A stretch of DNA of 64,000 bases from Candidatus Poribacteria bacterium (GTDB lineage Bacteria > Poribacteria > WGA-4E > PCPOR2b). The position numbers were made by a program, and so were the translations under genes. Position 1 is the first letter of the stretch. Each line of letters opens with the position of its first letter. Positions 20,279 to 31,898 of this stretch are shown one piece after another. The notes below the pieces were generated by a model. The model ran no database searches and had not been told where the DNA came from. It saw only the letters and a list, made by a program, of their open reading frames with translations. Location: assembly GCA_965218095.1 (NCBI GenBank), contig OZ244587.1:3584001-3648000 (forward strand), given 5' to 3'.

Positions 20279-22015
20279 TTACCACCCAATCGCATACGAA
20301 GTCGAGCGCGGATCGGCGCCGCCCACACGGGTACCGGTCTCCGGATCGACCGTGATTGCGCACACGCAACTGACCGAACCCCAATCCTGATTATCGTGGA
20401 CGATATGCCCTCGATTTCTGAGGAATTCTCGCACCTGTGGGTCAACACGGGCTTCAACCGTTACCTCTCCGGGTTGAATGCCGTGGGGCCAGAACGAGTT
20501 GGGAAAACTGTGTGTGACGGCGCGGGGCGCTTCGATTGCCTCCTGTGGCTCCATCCCAAATTCAACTATGTTGAGGAACACTTGCAGCATCCCCTGAACC
20601 TGCGCGTCACCGCCAGGGCATCCAATCGGCATAAACGGCTTTCCATCTTTGAGGACCATCGCGGGGTTCGGCGTGAGTCGCGGACGCTTCCACGGCTGAA
20701 GGCAGCAGGGGTGCTCCGGATCGAGCCACGTCTGCGTGCCACGCGACGAGATTGGAAAGCCTAAGCCCGGAACGATTGGCGTCCCCCCAACTCCATCTGA
20801 TGGTGTCGCTGAAAAGGCATTACCCGCTTCATCAACCACGCAGAGATAGCTGGTATCCGTTTCCCATTCCGAGATGTGTTCTGGTTGGGAACGATTCGGA
20901 TCTAAGGTTGGGAATGGCCCATTTTCCCGACGCGATTCGGGATGGAATAGCCATGGATTTCCCGGCAGTGGCATGTCGGGGGCAGCGTGCTGTGGATTGA
21001 TTGCTCCCCGTCTTTCGGCGGCGTATCTGCCATCCAGCAATCCCACCATCGGTACCTGCACAAAATCGGGGTCGCCGAAGTAGGCGTGCCGGTCAGCGAA
21101 AGCCAGCTTGAGTCCTTCAATGACCGCGTGGAGATAGTCTGCGGAGTTATGTCCTATCCCTTTCAGATCAATCCCTTCGAGGATCTTCAGCGCCATGTTT
21201 AGCGTGGGACCTTGACACCAAGGACCACAAGTGTAAACATCATAGCCTTTGTAGGTAATGTGCTCCGGCGGCTCGACGCGAACCGAAGACGCCGCGAGAT
21301 CATCGTAGGTCAGCAAGCCACCTTCCTTCCGATAGAAGTCAGCGATTTCGTGGGCGATTTCACCCTTATAGATCAAGTCGCGTGCGGCCTGGATACGTGC
21401 ACGCCTGTCTTCCCTAGCGCTGCGCTCGGCGTCGATCATCCGTTTGAAGGTGTTCGCCAGATCCTTTTGGACAAAGAGCTCCCCAATCTGCGGAACCTGT
21501 CCACCGGGGTTGTACACTTTGGCGGTCGATGGCCAATTTCCGACACCCTCTCCACTCACAACGGAATGGAATTCGGCATCCACTGGACGACCATTTTCGA
21601 CGAGGTCTAACGCGGGCTGAATCACCTGTTCAAAGGTCATTGTACCGAATCGCGCCAGCGCCGTCAGCCACGCATCAGGGGCAGCAGGAGTGACCGTGCG
21701 CAAGATTCCATCGGGCAGATCGCCGCCGTGATGTTCGTGAAAGTAGTCCATGCTTGCGGCTTGGGGCCAACGGCCCAGTCCGCTAATCGTTTCGACGGGG
21801 TCGCCCGACGCTGGACAGTAAATAATCGGCGCGACGCCTCCAAAGTGGGCTGAACCGGGTTGAAGGATGTTGATACAGATTCCTGTTGCCACACCTGCAT
21901 CGGCGGCGTTGCCTCCACTTTCGAGGATGCGAACCCCCGCCATCGTGGCAAGATAATGGAGCGACGATACAAGATAACGCTTTCCTCGTACTGAGGGGCG
22001 ATGACTCTGTGGCAT
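20279..22015 (-). CDS. Gamma-glutamyltransferase family protein
   Basis: GGNAADA, LAFADR..YFGDP, DTSYLCVVD (autocleavage Thr), PGGD.Q, GADPR. Confidence 0.93.
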   Translation of the reverse strand: MPQSHRPSVRGKRYLVSSLHYLATMAGVRILESGGNAADAGVATGICINILQPGSAHFGGVAPIIYCPASGDPVETISGLGRWPQAASMDYFHEHHGGDLPDGILRTVTPAAPDAWLTALARFGTMTFEQVIQPALDLVENGRPVDAEFHSVVSGEGVGNWPSTAKVYNPGGQVPQIGELFVQKDLANTFKRMIDAERSAREDRRARIQAARDLIYKGEIAHEIADFYRKEGGLLTYDDLAASSVRVEPPEHITYKGYDVYTCGPWCQGPTLNMALKILEGIDLKGIGHNSADYLHAVIEGLKLAFADRHAYFGDPDFVQVPMVGLLDGRYAAERRGAINPQHAAPDMPLPGNPWLFHPESRRENGPFPTLDPNRSQPEHISEWETDTSYLCVVDEAGNAFSATPSDGVGGTPIVPGLGFPISSRGTQTWLDPEHPCCLQPWKRPRLTPNPAMVLKDGKPFMPIGCPGGDAQVQGMLQVFLNIVEFGMEPQEAIEAPRAVTHSFPNSFWPHGIQPGEVTVEARVDPQVREFLRNRGHIVHDNQDWGSVSCVCAITVDPETGTRVGGADPRSTSYAIGW

Positions 22016-22251
22016 TGGTGTTTCTCCTTTCTCAAAAAGGAAATTGGAAATTGAAGATGAGGAACTTGCTGTGCGAAAAGAGGTGCGTCTTATAATTTTC
22101 CACTTGCTTTTCTAGCGGTGGCATTCAGTCCACCAATTCGATAACGACAGACTTTTTTTGCGACCCTTTGTTCTTTCTCGTGGGGAATTTCTACTATATC
22201 AAATGAAAAGGCGCGTGGAGATTTATTTTGCTTTTGGGATTTTTGAGGGAA

Positions 22252-23238
22252 TCAAGCACCTGTCATTTCCCAATCAAGCAACACGCCCAGCGCCTCATCC
22301 ATCCGATTGTAGAGCAGGTCGAATGCAGCAGCGGCTTCCGTGTAAGGAAAACGATGGGTAGTCATTTTCTCCGTCTGGATGATGCCTGACCCAAGTAGCT
22401 GTATCGCTCGCAGTGAGACCCCAGCCGGAATCCCTTGACCATAATAGCCACCCAGAAGTTGTCGCCGCTGGATTTTACCCGAGGTGAGCGGCAGTGGTTG
22501 GTCTTCATACAGACCAATCAGATGGAGTAGCCCACCAACCGCCAGCATGTCCAAACCTTGATCGAAGGCTTTCGGTCCCGCCGGTCCTCCGACAGCATAC
22601 ACCACAATATGCGCACCAACGCCGTTGGTGAGTTTGCGGACAGCTCGGACGGGGTCTTCGTCGCCGGCATTGATAACAGCATCTGCTCCCAACTCCTCTG
22701 ATAACGCACATCGACTGTCAAGCGCGTCCACAGTGATGATACGTCCACGTCCGTTGGCTTTGGCAACCTGCATGAGGAGACTGCCGACTAAGCCTTGTCC
22801 AAGTATGACGACCGTATCATAGGGTTGGATGTTCTCAATGTCCACCCAGGATACAGCGCCTGCTGCCAGCGGGTAGTAGGGAGCCTGGTCGAAACTCACC
22901 GTCGGTAGCATCGGGACGACCCGTGCCTGCTCTTGGGGTGAGCTCACGCGGGCGGGGCGGACGACGTATTGTGCGTGCGGCGCCGAAGCGACGACCCGGT
23001 CGCCAACGGTGTAGTGGTCGAGCCCTTCACCGACGGCGTCAACGATTCCGGCGAGTGAATACCCCATACTTTCCGGATTGACCGCATGTTCGCGGGTATA
23101 CCGTCCACCCATTTCTGAGCCGCGGCTGATGAGACTCCGCACCGCCTTGACCCGAACCTCGCCCGGACCGGGTTCGGGCATGGGTGCTTCTTCGATAACA
23201 ACGTTAAACTTACCTTCTGGCTTGGCAACTCGTTTCAT
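22252..23238 (-). CDS. Medium-chain dehydrogenase/reductase family protein
   Basis: SLISRGSE, GYSLAG, GQGLVG, THRFP; no obvious Zn-binding Cys. Confidence 0.85.
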   Translation of the reverse strand: MKRVAKPEGKFNVVIEEAPMPEPGPGEVRVKAVRSLISRGSEMGGRYTREHAVNPESMGYSLAGIVDAVGEGLDHYTVGDRVVASAPHAQYVVRPARVSSPQEQARVVPMLPTVSFDQAPYYPLAAGAVSWVDIENIQPYDTVVILGQGLVGSLLMQVAKANGRGRIITVDALDSRCALSEELGADAVINAGDEDPVRAVRKLTNGVGAHIVVYAVGGPAGPKAFDQGLDMLAVGGLLHLIGLYEDQPLPLTSGKIQRRQLLGGYYGQGIPAGVSLRAIQLLGSGIIQTEKMTTHRFPYTEAAAAFDLLYNRMDEALGVLLDWEMTGA

Positions 23239-23468
23239 TGTGGTATTTCTTTCTGTTCGGTGTTAGCGACTGTCGTTGAGCCGTCCTTCGTCCGCTTCGA
23301 TGAGATCGAACCACGAACGCAGGTCTAGGGAATCAGAAGCAAGTTTCCGCCGCGCTGCTTCTATAGAACACAGACCACGAACTTAGTCCGGACGTTGCGG
23401 CATGAATTAATGCGTAATGCGTAAAACGTCAGGTCGATCATAGCTGACCCATTACGTTTCACGCATCA

Positions 23469-25943
23469 CTAATGTGCTATCCCCAACTGATGCATCCGTC
23501 GGTGAATCGCCTCACGCGCTTCGATGAAGGGACGTTCCAGATAGGCGAGATGATCGCTCTCACCGTGATGGTGCGTCGCTGTACCGGGGGCGTGTCGTGC
23601 AGCCGTTTCGCGGATGTAGGTCAGGTTGCCATCAATGAGCGTGAGCATGTATTGCGCTGCGTCCTTGTCGAACATCCACCACTCTCCGCCACAGGCGACA
23701 TAAATCGGCGAGGTATGCGCGAAGATGCCACGACCCCAACCGTCATGATGCGGAACGCTGGTGTAGTTGGGACCACCGCATCGCGCTGCCAACCAGGTGT
23801 GTCCATCCACTTTCACCTTTTCCTCCAACGTCAATCGCCGCGTGCCATTGCTATTTTCTGTCGAAGCGACGACACGTCCACCCTGAACGATTTCGAGCGT
23901 GTGAATTGGGAAGATGCTCTCTGCCCACGCTTCGACCTCCACTGTGCCGGGCCCGGACAATTGCATTGTGTCACCGACATTGTGACCATCCACGGTGAAA
24001 TGAATGATGGGACCGCCACTATGAAATGTCCGTCCCTGCGATACACTCTTACACCAGTTGTCGTAGTTGAATTCTTCGTCGGGCAGATAAGCGTAGGTGC
24101 GGTAAATCCCAACGGGCACATCGCTGCTCATCTTATCCGTACCGCCAACAAGCGGCAGACGATAACCGCAGTTGAGGTAGCGGTAGTATTCGAGGTGGTT
24201 GAACGGCGCATGGCGCAGCATCTCCACACCATCTACACGACCGGTTGCAATCAACGCGGCGGGTTCGCCATTCGGGTTAGGCAGATGCGGGATGATGACC
24301 GTGCCGCCTTGGGCGTGGGTTTGGTCTGCCCAATCGCTCATGGTGATTTCTAGTGTCCCGCCAAGTTCGGCTTCACCCGGACCATCGCTGCACCACGGCA
24401 TCACTGGATCCGTTAGTCCCCAGAGGATGAGGTGTCCCAAGAAGTGCTGCCGGTTCTCCTGACCGACATAAACAATGTTGTTGCCATCCTGCGAGATACT
24501 CGGCCCGCCGGTGAAATCCTCAATGTTTGTGAAGAGGTTTCCCCACTGTGATGGCAGCAGGTTGACGATATTGAGATCTTCCCCCTGTGACTCCGTATGG
24601 CTACCTTGCGCTGAAAGAAAATGAACATGCGAGTCACCACTGAACCAGCCTTGGTTGTTCATGTGAATCCAGCGCTTGAGGCGTAAGGTCAGTTCGCGCT
24701 GATCCGGTTGGATGTTCACCCGCGCTCGCAACGGCTCGTACTCAAACCCGCGTGCGATGTCCACAATGACCTCGCCGCGCGGCAGCCACCCCTGACAACG
24801 ACCGTCAATGTAGGCATAAGTGATTTGTCCCAGCCGAAGGTCGCCCCCCACGTCAATATGCCATGAGTCGAGGTTCGAGTTGACTTGGTTGTGGTGACCG
24901 TGTGGCTGATAAGGAATACCTTCGGGCGATCGAAAGTGAACACGGCAGGGGACAGGTTTGCCCGTGTCGTCGTCGAGGACAGTGACGTGAACCCAATTCC
25001 GTCCACGGTCTAACAGTTCCACGCGCATTCGCGGTGTCTCGACCACCTTCTTCTCCTCAACATCGCCCCACTTGACCTCGCCAACCTTTTCTTCACCCTG
25101 CTTCACCGTTACCGTTGCCGATGGGAGTGCTGCGACTTCCACGTAGGCGGGACTGGATTTGGGATTCTGCACCTCACCCCAACCGGTGAAATCGTCATTG
25201 ACAAAATCATCGGGGGACGCTTCAGGCAGTGGGTGAACGTATGTCGCCACGCCCCTATCCACTTCCACCTCGAGATCGAAAGGCTTCTCTGCGTCTTCGG
25301 GATGGGTGAGAATCAGGCGCGCTTCACGTTTTCCGTGTCGAACGAAGGGGTGTTCATCAAGGTGCGAGAGCGTGATCCCAGCGATGATAAAACGTGGGCC
25401 TTGAGGAACGATTTCCAACGACTCAATCTCACGATCGGGCTGCGGATTTTCCCAGACCCACAGATAATAGCCGCGCGGCGTGCCACGCGAGACTTCGGTC
25501 TGGCGGCGTCCCATCTGGTCCCACTGCCCTTCATAACGCGGCATCAGCGCATCATTCTGATCCGGGAGCGCACGGAATGGTGCACCGCCTCTGAAAAGAT
25601 CCGCAATCTCAAATCGTTCGTGAATGGGGACGCGCACCCCGTCGCCGCCTGATAGATGGAACACATAATCCGCCACAGGCTTCCCCAACGGGCCGCCCTC
25701 CATCAGATCGGAATCGAGCAGGCGATGCGCCATAACGACGCGATGTGCGGATTGGTTAATGGAGATGGTCACATTCCCCGCCGTGCCGTCGAGGGCAATG
25801 AAACATTTCGATTGATCTGTGCCTACCAGGAACGGCAGTCCACGAAAGGTTTGTTCTCCAATTGGTGCGTGCGAATTGTCGCCCAATACTTCGAGTCCTA
25901 CGTTGCACCATGATGATAAATCGAGCGGTTGATAGTCTGTCAT
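23469..25943 (-). CDS. CehA/McbA-family PHP-like metallohydrolase
   Basis: GWFSGDSHVH, YYRYLNCG, GGTD, RTY, FAHTSPIYV. Confidence 0.85.
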   Translation of the reverse strand: MTDYQPLDLSSWCNVGLEVLGDNSHAPIGEQTFRGLPFLVGTDQSKCFIALDGTAGNVTISINQSAHRVVMAHRLLDSDLMEGGPLGKPVADYVFHLSGGDGVRVPIHERFEIADLFRGGAPFRALPDQNDALMPRYEGQWDQMGRRQTEVSRGTPRGYYLWVWENPQPDREIESLEIVPQGPRFIIAGITLSHLDEHPFVRHGKREARLILTHPEDAEKPFDLEVEVDRGVATYVHPLPEASPDDFVNDDFTGWGEVQNPKSSPAYVEVAALPSATVTVKQGEEKVGEVKWGDVEEKKVVETPRMRVELLDRGRNWVHVTVLDDDTGKPVPCRVHFRSPEGIPYQPHGHHNQVNSNLDSWHIDVGGDLRLGQITYAYIDGRCQGWLPRGEVIVDIARGFEYEPLRARVNIQPDQRELTLRLKRWIHMNNQGWFSGDSHVHFLSAQGSHTESQGEDLNIVNLLPSQWGNLFTNIEDFTGGPSISQDGNNIVYVGQENRQHFLGHLILWGLTDPVMPWCSDGPGEAELGGTLEITMSDWADQTHAQGGTVIIPHLPNPNGEPAALIATGRVDGVEMLRHAPFNHLEYYRYLNCGYRLPLVGGTDKMSSDVPVGIYRTYAYLPDEEFNYDNWCKSVSQGRTFHSGGPIIHFTVDGHNVGDTMQLSGPGTVEVEAWAESIFPIHTLEIVQGGRVVASTENSNGTRRLTLEEKVKVDGHTWLAARCGGPNYTSVPHHDGWGRGIFAHTSPIYVACGGEWWMFDKDAAQYMLTLIDGNLTYIRETAARHAPGTATHHHGESDHLAYLERPFIEAREAIHRRMHQLGIAH

Positions 25944-26036
25944 GAGATGTAACTCCTTTCTGTTGCTAACATATTTAGACGGGAAATCCCGGCTGTCCTA
26001 CTTTGGTGGGAATTTCTCCAGAATTAGTACGATTAA

Positions 26037-26938
26037 CCCAAGTTGCGACCTATTCATCGAATATGTGAGTGAACTCAGAGCTGATTGATACTGCTAGCCA
26101 ATACAAACAAGACCACTTTCAATTCAAATCCGTGTTGCGTTACTGCATGGATTGAACGTGGAAGCAGTTTGTTAATCAAACTGCCAGCCGTCTCAACAGA
26201 CTTACGATGGTAATTAGCCAAGTAGGTCTCCCATGGTGGATACAGCCGCTTGGAATTCTTCTTGCGTACTGGCTTTAATTCGACTCCGACTGATGTAACA
26301 ATATCTTCTATCTCATAATTATTGTATGCTTTGTCACCATAGCCCGGTGGCAAGTCGAAGTCAAACCACTGTAACCCTTCAACGTCCCCTGTACTGGCTG
26401 GGGTCACAAAAAATTCAACAGGGTGTCGACTCGCAGTCACTAGCAGATGAACTTTCAAGCCATAGAAATACCGACGTTTGGACGCTTGATAGCCTCGATA
26501 TGCCTTATCGGTATAGATTTTTGACCGACGAATGCGGAACAAACAGCAATTGGTATGGTATCCAGTGCATAGATTTTCTGTTGATTAAGTTGCACATAGC
26601 TTCGTCCCAAGATTTTGAACAATGTGGTGAACATCGGTTTAATCGACTTTTTGAAAGCATCTTGGGTATATAGCCATGAGTCTTTAGAAAGTCACAAGTG
26701 GTTTGCAAGTTTGCCCCGAAGAACAACGCAGCGACGATGCCGGTGGTCATCACTTCGGCATCAGACATCTGCGTTTGTGGGTGTGGTTTTGAGTTGAGTG
26801 CTTCTAAGAGCTTGTCACAGAGATAGAAAATGGTTACAATTTGGATGTCCATGGGTTTCTCCTTTGGTTTCTCCTTTGAGGTATTATGGTTTGGATTACC
26901 TCTACTTTAACGGAAAACCCATGGATTTTCAATTACTA
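26037..26938 (-). mobile_element. IS982-family element with frameshifted transposase (26075-26852)
   Basis: MSDAEVMT, MLSKSRLNR, GYQASKRRYFYGLKVH, GDKAY; end sequence acccaagttgc at 26037; other end abuts the next IS. Confidence 0.85.
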
Positions 26939-28047
26939 GAGGGGTGTGCATAGTAGTTCATTGGAAAACAGCCGCCATATGAGAGATATTGCGAGCAGGT
27001 AACTTCCATATGGCATTGGCAATCATAGCCACTTGCACTGATAACACCCCGATAGCTAAACAACAGCGTACATTGAAAAACCCCTTGACCGGTAACTGCT
27101 TCTGTTGAGGAGTGGTGCCTATCACTTTAGCAATCAAGTCAAACAACGGTTCAACCGAACTGCGACGTTTGCTTAAACAGAGACGCTGCTTGGGTTGGTT
27201 GATAAATCGATGATACGCCTTGGCAAACCGTCCCTTTGTCCATCTAAGTGCCGGGGTAATCAAAGCGACTTGTGCCTTCGCCCAACAACGGATACGGTCT
27301 GCTTGGGTATAGGCATCATCGGCAGTGAGTGTCTGCGGTGAAAGTTGTGTCAGAATCTCAGACGCTTTAGCATCTATCGCCCAACTTTCGGAGACCGACG
27401 CACGGTGCACAGTTATCAGTGTTGGGAACGCACCTTGTGTGCAGATAATGTGAAGTCCGTAGCCATAGACCCAGCCATGATAACCACTCTTGCTCCACGT
27501 GGCATCGGTGTCGAGGTTGCGTAGATGTTTAGGTACTTTTCCTGCTTTGCGGTCAGTTTGATGCCAGACGGGTCCTCGTGCCTTAAATAAACTTTTGTCG
27601 GCTACCAGATGAGCCAAGTTGAATTGTTGGGACAAGTCAGTGGCATACTGACCGATAAACAATACAAATGCCTCTATCACTTCATATAATGCCTTATAGC
27701 GACGTGCAATCGTGGTTCGATGAGGGGGCTGTTGCCACCCCAGCATTTGTAACACTTCTGGGTGATTGATTAGCCACCGCCATTGCGTTTTGAAGCCATA
27801 GATGCCGTGAAACTGCATCAACATGAAGAAAATGATAAACGAGGTGGTTGAATATGTCAATGGTTTTGCGTGTGTGACACCTGGTTTGTCAATACGGTGT
27901 TGCATAAACTGCTCAAAGAGTTGCATAATAAGAGTGACATAATCAGCCAACATTGGTCTTTGTACCATATTGGGGCTCCTTTTGCTATGATAACAATAGG
28001 AAACCCTTTTGGCTTGATTATGTCAACTATATTTATGCACACCCCTC
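26939..28047 (-). mobile_element. IS element with 14-bp terminal inverted repeats
   Basis: gaggggtgtgcata ... tatgcacacccctc enclosing a transposase. Confidence 0.85.
26958..27968 (-). CDS. DDE transposase (DDE_Tnp_1-like), apparently intact
   Basis: VADKS, DTDATW, GWVYGYGLH, TADDAY, RRSSVEPLF. Confidence 0.85.
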   Translation of the reverse strand: MVQRPMLADYVTLIMQLFEQFMQHRIDKPGVTHAKPLTYSTTSFIIFFMLMQFHGIYGFKTQWRWLINHPEVLQMLGWQQPPHRTTIARRYKALYEVIEAFVLFIGQYATDLSQQFNLAHLVADKSLFKARGPVWHQTDRKAGKVPKHLRNLDTDATWSKSGYHGWVYGYGLHIICTQGAFPTLITVHRASVSESWAIDAKASEILTQLSPQTLTADDAYTQADRIRCWAKAQVALITPALRWTKGRFAKAYHRFINQPKQRLCLSKRRSSVEPLFDLIAKVIGTTPQQKQLPVKGFFNVRCCLAIGVLSVQVAMIANAIWKLPARNISHMAAVFQ

Positions 28048-28089
28048 AGTTGACTATGATTCTGGTTGAGTTTGCTCAATTCAGATCGA

Positions 28090-28764
28090 ATCTCTGACAT
28101 TTCGCTTCGCACCTCATCGATGCGCGTGTCGATCCGATTTTCAAGCCGTTGGTAAGTTCGCAATGCCTCATCGAATCGTGTCGTCGTTCGGATTGATGGC
28201 GACCGCCTGATTTAGCAAGCCAATTGCTCTGTCATATTGACCCCTCGCGTATTCAATTTGCCCTTGAATCAGCTCCTGAGTCGCATCGAAGTATAGACTT
28301 GCCTCCTGACCTCTGTTTTCTCCCCCATTGTGCGTCCATAGTTGGCCAAATAGGACGTCACCCGCTCGCGGTGTTTCGCCATCCCAGCAACATTTATCTC
28401 CGTTGTATTTGTCAAATCCTGCGCGCGGAAGAATTCAAGATACGGGTGGTTATCCGTATGAATTGGTCCATCCCCGACATATTGTCGGACTCGTTTCTCA
28501 CCCATCATAAATGAGTCGAGCAGCGACATGCCGTCAAGATCATCATGCGCAAGCCCCCTGCGGATGCTTGGTATTTGCGTGCGTTCCAGAAAGTCTTTGT
28601 AGTTAACCCTGAGTGGTTAAGGCGTACCAATCAAGATGACGAAGTCCGGCGTATATTTGTACCAGAGTGTCGTGTGCGGAAAAACTTTAATGAATATCCT
28701 CGCGATTGTCTTGTAGTGACCTTCGGGCACGCGGTGCAGCGGAACCCACTGGCACATGATGCCA
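28090..28764 (-). pseudogene. Spermidine-synthase-like protein remnant
   Basis: GIMCQWVPLH...KVFPHTTLW...LIGTP*PL...IHTDNHPYLEF; internal stop, both ends lost. Confidence 0.7.
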
Positions 28765-29128
28765 CGGAAAAAGTCCGTATAATCCTCTATTCCAGTATTC
28801 TTTCAGCATAAAAGTTTTATTCGGAATTCGGTCTCATCAAACTTACAAACAACGACAAATTGATTGGATTATTGACTCAAATTATACCACTCTAGCGGAA
28901 CGAAAAACCAATCGAATTTCAGAAACCTGTTCTCCGTTTGCATGTCCTGTTCGCTAATTGAGGCATGTTACCTGATTGGTTATTCGGTTTCAATTTCTGC
29001 CCGACCGTGACACAATAACTGGATTGCACACCTCAGTTAGATCCGTGTTCACCCTCGCAAGAACTGACGCGAGCGGCACTTACCACTTTTCGGAAGTCGT
29101 TGATGGCCATGCCCAGCGCCCGAACTCA

Positions 29129-29728
29129 TCACCAGTTACAATCCGCGAGGGTTATGCTATATTCGCCAACGCACTCTGGCTTCCCTTTTGTCCACGGCTC
29201 CTGCGGCCAGACCGTGTGTCCTTGCTTGGTGTAGAGTTGGAGGCGGCGGTCGTCTAGCCTCAGATAGACACGGCGGTTGTCGCCCCACTGCGCCATCAGC
29301 CGCGACTGAAAGATGGCGGTGCTAGTACCGTCGTGGTACTCGAAAAGCCACGCTTCTACATCACAGTCATCAAGGGGAATCACTTCCCATCGCCGGGCGC
29401 CGTACAGGAACCGCGAGTCGTAAATGGTTATTTCAAAGCGCATCCGCGGGGGCCGTTGCAGCCCAAGGTATTCAGCGAAGGCGCCACCGTATCCGGGGAC
29501 GCAGACCTCGAAGGATTCTCCCCAGGGCTCGGACGTGACTGCATCCGTATCGAACTGTGGGCGGTGAGCCGAGACGTGGGTGCGGAAATCGGACGCGAGG
29601 CGACGGTAATACTTGCGCAAGTCCCCGTTCTCGGGAAACGCGGTCCGCGGGTAGAAGACGGTGGGTTCGCCGAGGTGCGCCACAGCGGTTTCTCGCAGAT
29701 ATTCGGGGCCGCCCAGTTGCACGAACAA
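29129..29728 (-). CDS. Hypothetical protein, GC-rich, probably 5'-degraded
   Basis: 199-aa protein-like ORF with TTG start and no clear RBS. Confidence 0.5.
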   Translation of the reverse strand: MFVQLGGPEYLRETAVAHLGEPTVFYPRTAFPENGDLRKYYRRLASDFRTHVSAHRPQFDTDAVTSEPWGESFEVCVPGYGGAFAEYLGLQRPPRMRFEITIYDSRFLYGARRWEVIPLDDCDVEAWLFEYHDGTSTAIFQSRLMAQWGDNRRVYLRLDDRRLQLYTKQGHTVWPQEPWTKGKPECVGEYSITLADCNW

Positions 29729-29959
29729 GGCTCAAGATTCTCGTAGCAGCACGGATGGATCAGAAAGATAGAGGCGATGTCCTTACCAGATTGCGTGTGT
29801 TGGCATCTACCTACAGCACTACGAGGAGAGCCAATCTCGCCTCGGTTTAATTCAGGGCAGTCACCGGCTTGACAGGAAGCTGGCGAAAAAGCTGATTCGG
29901 CGCGGAACCTCTTGACAAGTTTTATGTCGTTTCTTTGTCATACAGACTGACTTTCTAAC

Positions 29960-30190
29960 TATGCTGATTGGATTGCGACCGAGCCGGGTGATTGCGTCAT
30001 CTTTGACCCCCGCATTTTGCATAGCGGTAGCAGAATCAGAGGTATTAAATATTCGATGTTCTTGGCGTTTGGTGTAGAGAACGTGCATTTTTACAACCAT
30101 CAACATTACTATCGATACCTCCGAAGTGATTTGGAATACAAACCCCCATCCCCTGAACTGACCGCAAAATTGCAGGCAGCAGAGCAGACC
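29960..30190 (+). pseudogene. Phytanoyl-CoA dioxygenase-like C-terminal remnant
   Basis: EPGDCVIFDPRILHSGS resembles the PhyH distal His motif; no N-terminus. Confidence 0.45.
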
Positions 30191-30464
30191 TGTACCCAAC
30201 AGTCCCTATCGGCGCAGACGGGATGGAAGATGCTTGGCTGCCCTCAAAGGCGCACACAATTCTTAGCTGATTTTTTCGTAAATGATGACGGCACAATGTT
30301 TCAACTGGGAGCGGCATCCCTGCCTCGATTCGTGGTTGAAACTATCGGTAAGCCGATTTCGTTTATATTCAGCGTTGGTACTTTCAGTTCACTTTTCATC
30401 GGGGCAAGGATTGAAAACTACGGCGGATTATCGGGACACGGATGTCCTCAGAAAGGTGAATCTC

Positions 30465-31493
30465 ATGCGTATGAAATGCATGATCGGTCTATTCATACTC
30501 GTTGTCATAGTAGGCGGCGTCGCGTCAGCACAGGGCGGGGCGGGGAAATTGGTTTTTGCCATCCGCAAGCCCTTGCAACATCGGGACGGTTTCCGAGCGG
30601 CGACGGGGACGCTGGAAAAAGGTCGGGGGACAACCAAATGGTGGGAGTTCTATCAGTATAACGTCTGCGCGATGAATCCGAGCGGAACAGATTTCGGCCA
30701 ACTCACGGACGACGGGCTTTCCCGCAGACCCCGATGGTCACCGGACGGGGGGCGAATCGCTTACATATCCGGGGTTGATGGGTCGGAATCGCTCTATGTG
30801 ATGCAGGGAGATGGCACCGAGAACGAGCGACTCATCAAGAAACAGCATCGCATTCACGATTTCTGGTGGTCTCCGTTAAGTCACGCGGTTCTCGTTGTGG
30901 TTGAGATTGACCGTGTGAAGGATCGACTCGAAAACTGGGTCGTAACAGTTGATGGGAAATCGACAAAGCGATGGAGAACCCGCCGGTGGGCGGAGGGCTG
31001 GCTTCACTGGGATGCGAAAGGCGAGAAGGTCAAAGAGCCGAAAAACAAACTGATTGAAGCGTTGCCGGAAGGAATCAGATGGCCCGAATGGTCGCCAGAC
31101 CGCAAATGGATCGTGTTTAAGACCGATGGATTCCTTGCGCTGGCGGAACCGGATGTCGTCGGTGTGACTGGATTATGGTTTCTGCAACACGACGAACCGC
31201 CGTGTCAAAAGATTGAGGAGTGGTCACCGGATGGCAAGCAGATCTTGTTTTATGCGTCGGGCGAGATCTGCGTTGCCGCTGTAGAGAAGGGACGATTTAA
31301 GAGTTATCTGAATCTGAGCCTTTACAAGGGGCGGGATGCAACGTGGCGTCCGGACGGGAGTCAGGTTGCATTTATCGGACGCGATCCGGGCGGACGGCGA
31401 ACCAGCGAAATCTTCATTTTAGATGTTGGAACGGGCAAAATGCAGCAGATTACCTCGACCAGTTACGATTATTTCGATCTGCATTGGCGATAA
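30465..31493 (+). CDS. Secreted TolB-like PD40-repeat protein
   Basis: Signal peptide ending VASA; repeated WSPDG motifs; AAGGTG RBS before ATG 30465. Confidence 0.85.
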   Translation: MRMKCMIGLFILVVIVGGVASAQGGAGKLVFAIRKPLQHRDGFRAATGTLEKGRGTTKWWEFYQYNVCAMNPSGTDFGQLTDDGLSRRPRWSPDGGRIAYISGVDGSESLYVMQGDGTENERLIKKQHRIHDFWWSPLSHAVLVVVEIDRVKDRLENWVVTVDGKSTKRWRTRRWAEGWLHWDAKGEKVKEPKNKLIEALPEGIRWPEWSPDRKWIVFKTDGFLALAEPDVVGVTGLWFLQHDEPPCQKIEEWSPDGKQILFYASGEICVAAVEKGRFKSYLNLSLYKGRDATWRPDGSQVAFIGRDPGGRRTSEIFILDVGTGKMQQITSTSYDYFDLHWR

Positions 31494-31643
31494 TTCGGGA
31501 GAATCTGTAGGAGAGACAGCCCTATCCCGAATGGTCATACCCACTTTCAGCCCTCTTTCGGGGCGAGGGTTGAAATATTCGTAATACGTAATGCGTAAGA
31601 AAAACCTTGGACTTGGACGATATGCGTCATGCGTCACTCAATA

Positions 31644-31898
31644 ATGATGAAACAATACAGACATACTCAGATTGGTTATTTCCTCCTCATCTTATATAGT
31701 ACAGTGGTATTGTTTATAGGCTATTTAAATATTGCGACGGATTTTAACCCGTTTGCCTTGGCTGGTCTGATCATTATCCTTATCGTTCTAGGGCTATTTG
31801 CTAGTTTGACGGTGGCGGTCGATGACTAGATGATTAAGATTCAATTTGGGTTGAAAGTTATCCGTAAGACTTTTCTGCTAAAAGACATTGAGGCATAC
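31644..31898 (+). pseudogene. Small membrane protein, nonsense-mutated and truncated by IS3
   Basis: YRHTQIG...LTVAVDD*MIKIQFGLKVIRKTFLLKDIEAY runs to the IS boundary. Confidence 0.65.

Noticed and set aside
23255-23400. Possible integron attC site
   Set aside because: A GTTAGCG core is present, but no matching inverse core or integrase was found.
23472-24353. Long antisense ORFs (also 47063-48037, 40015-40773, 43835-44488)
   Set aside because: Shadows of well-supported genes on the opposite strand.
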